64,000 bases of DNA from Macrostomum hystrix (Eukaryota > Animalia > Platyhelminthes): positions 1,736,001-1,800,000 of the forward strand of contig CATNEN010000001.1 of NCBI GenBank assembly GCA_950097015.1, given 5' to 3'. Position numbers and translations under genes: made by a program. Numbering within the stretch: position 1 is the stretch's first letter; every line of letters begins with the position of its first letter. Shown here piece after piece: positions 63,970 through 64,000 of the stretch. A model generated the notes under the pieces. The model was not told the DNA's origin, searched no databases, and saw only the letters and a program-made list of their open reading frames with translations.

Positions 63970-64000
63970 ATATATTATAGCTAGTAGATAGTAGATGGTA
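63095..64000. repeat. 7-bp satellite (tagatag)n, CFAP70 intron, runs off the window
   Basis: Directly visible. Confidence 0.97.

Overview
Eukaryotic (metazoan) genomic DNA with GT-AG introns and very abundant 5-105 bp tandem arrays. The style resembles a free-living flatworm such as Macrostomum, but that is inference. Most long ORFs in the supplied track are artefacts of tandem repeats. Manual splicing supports seven genes: (1) a 3-exon ChaC/CHAC1-like gamma-glutamylcyclotransferase; (2) a 7-exon orphan type I membrane protein (signal peptide, Cys-rich modules, Sushi-like module, TM, Tyr-motif tail); (3) a 2-exon FoxD with an eh1 motif; (4) a 3-exon PDZ-like/coiled-coil protein; (5) a 3-exon ankyrin-repeat protein; (6) a Ser/Gln-rich ORF with a 35-aa repeat; (7) the 3' seven exons of CFAP70/TTC18 on the minus strand. 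Two tRNA-derived SINEs and several MITE-like elements are also present. The standout is at about 33.9-34.3 kb. A complete type I hammerhead ribozyme sits between the A and B boxes of a Pol III promoter, replacing the anticodon arm of a tRNA-like head. It lies inside a 338-bp terminally redundant unit predicted to fold as a rod, making it a candidate retrozyme-like circular-RNA element.
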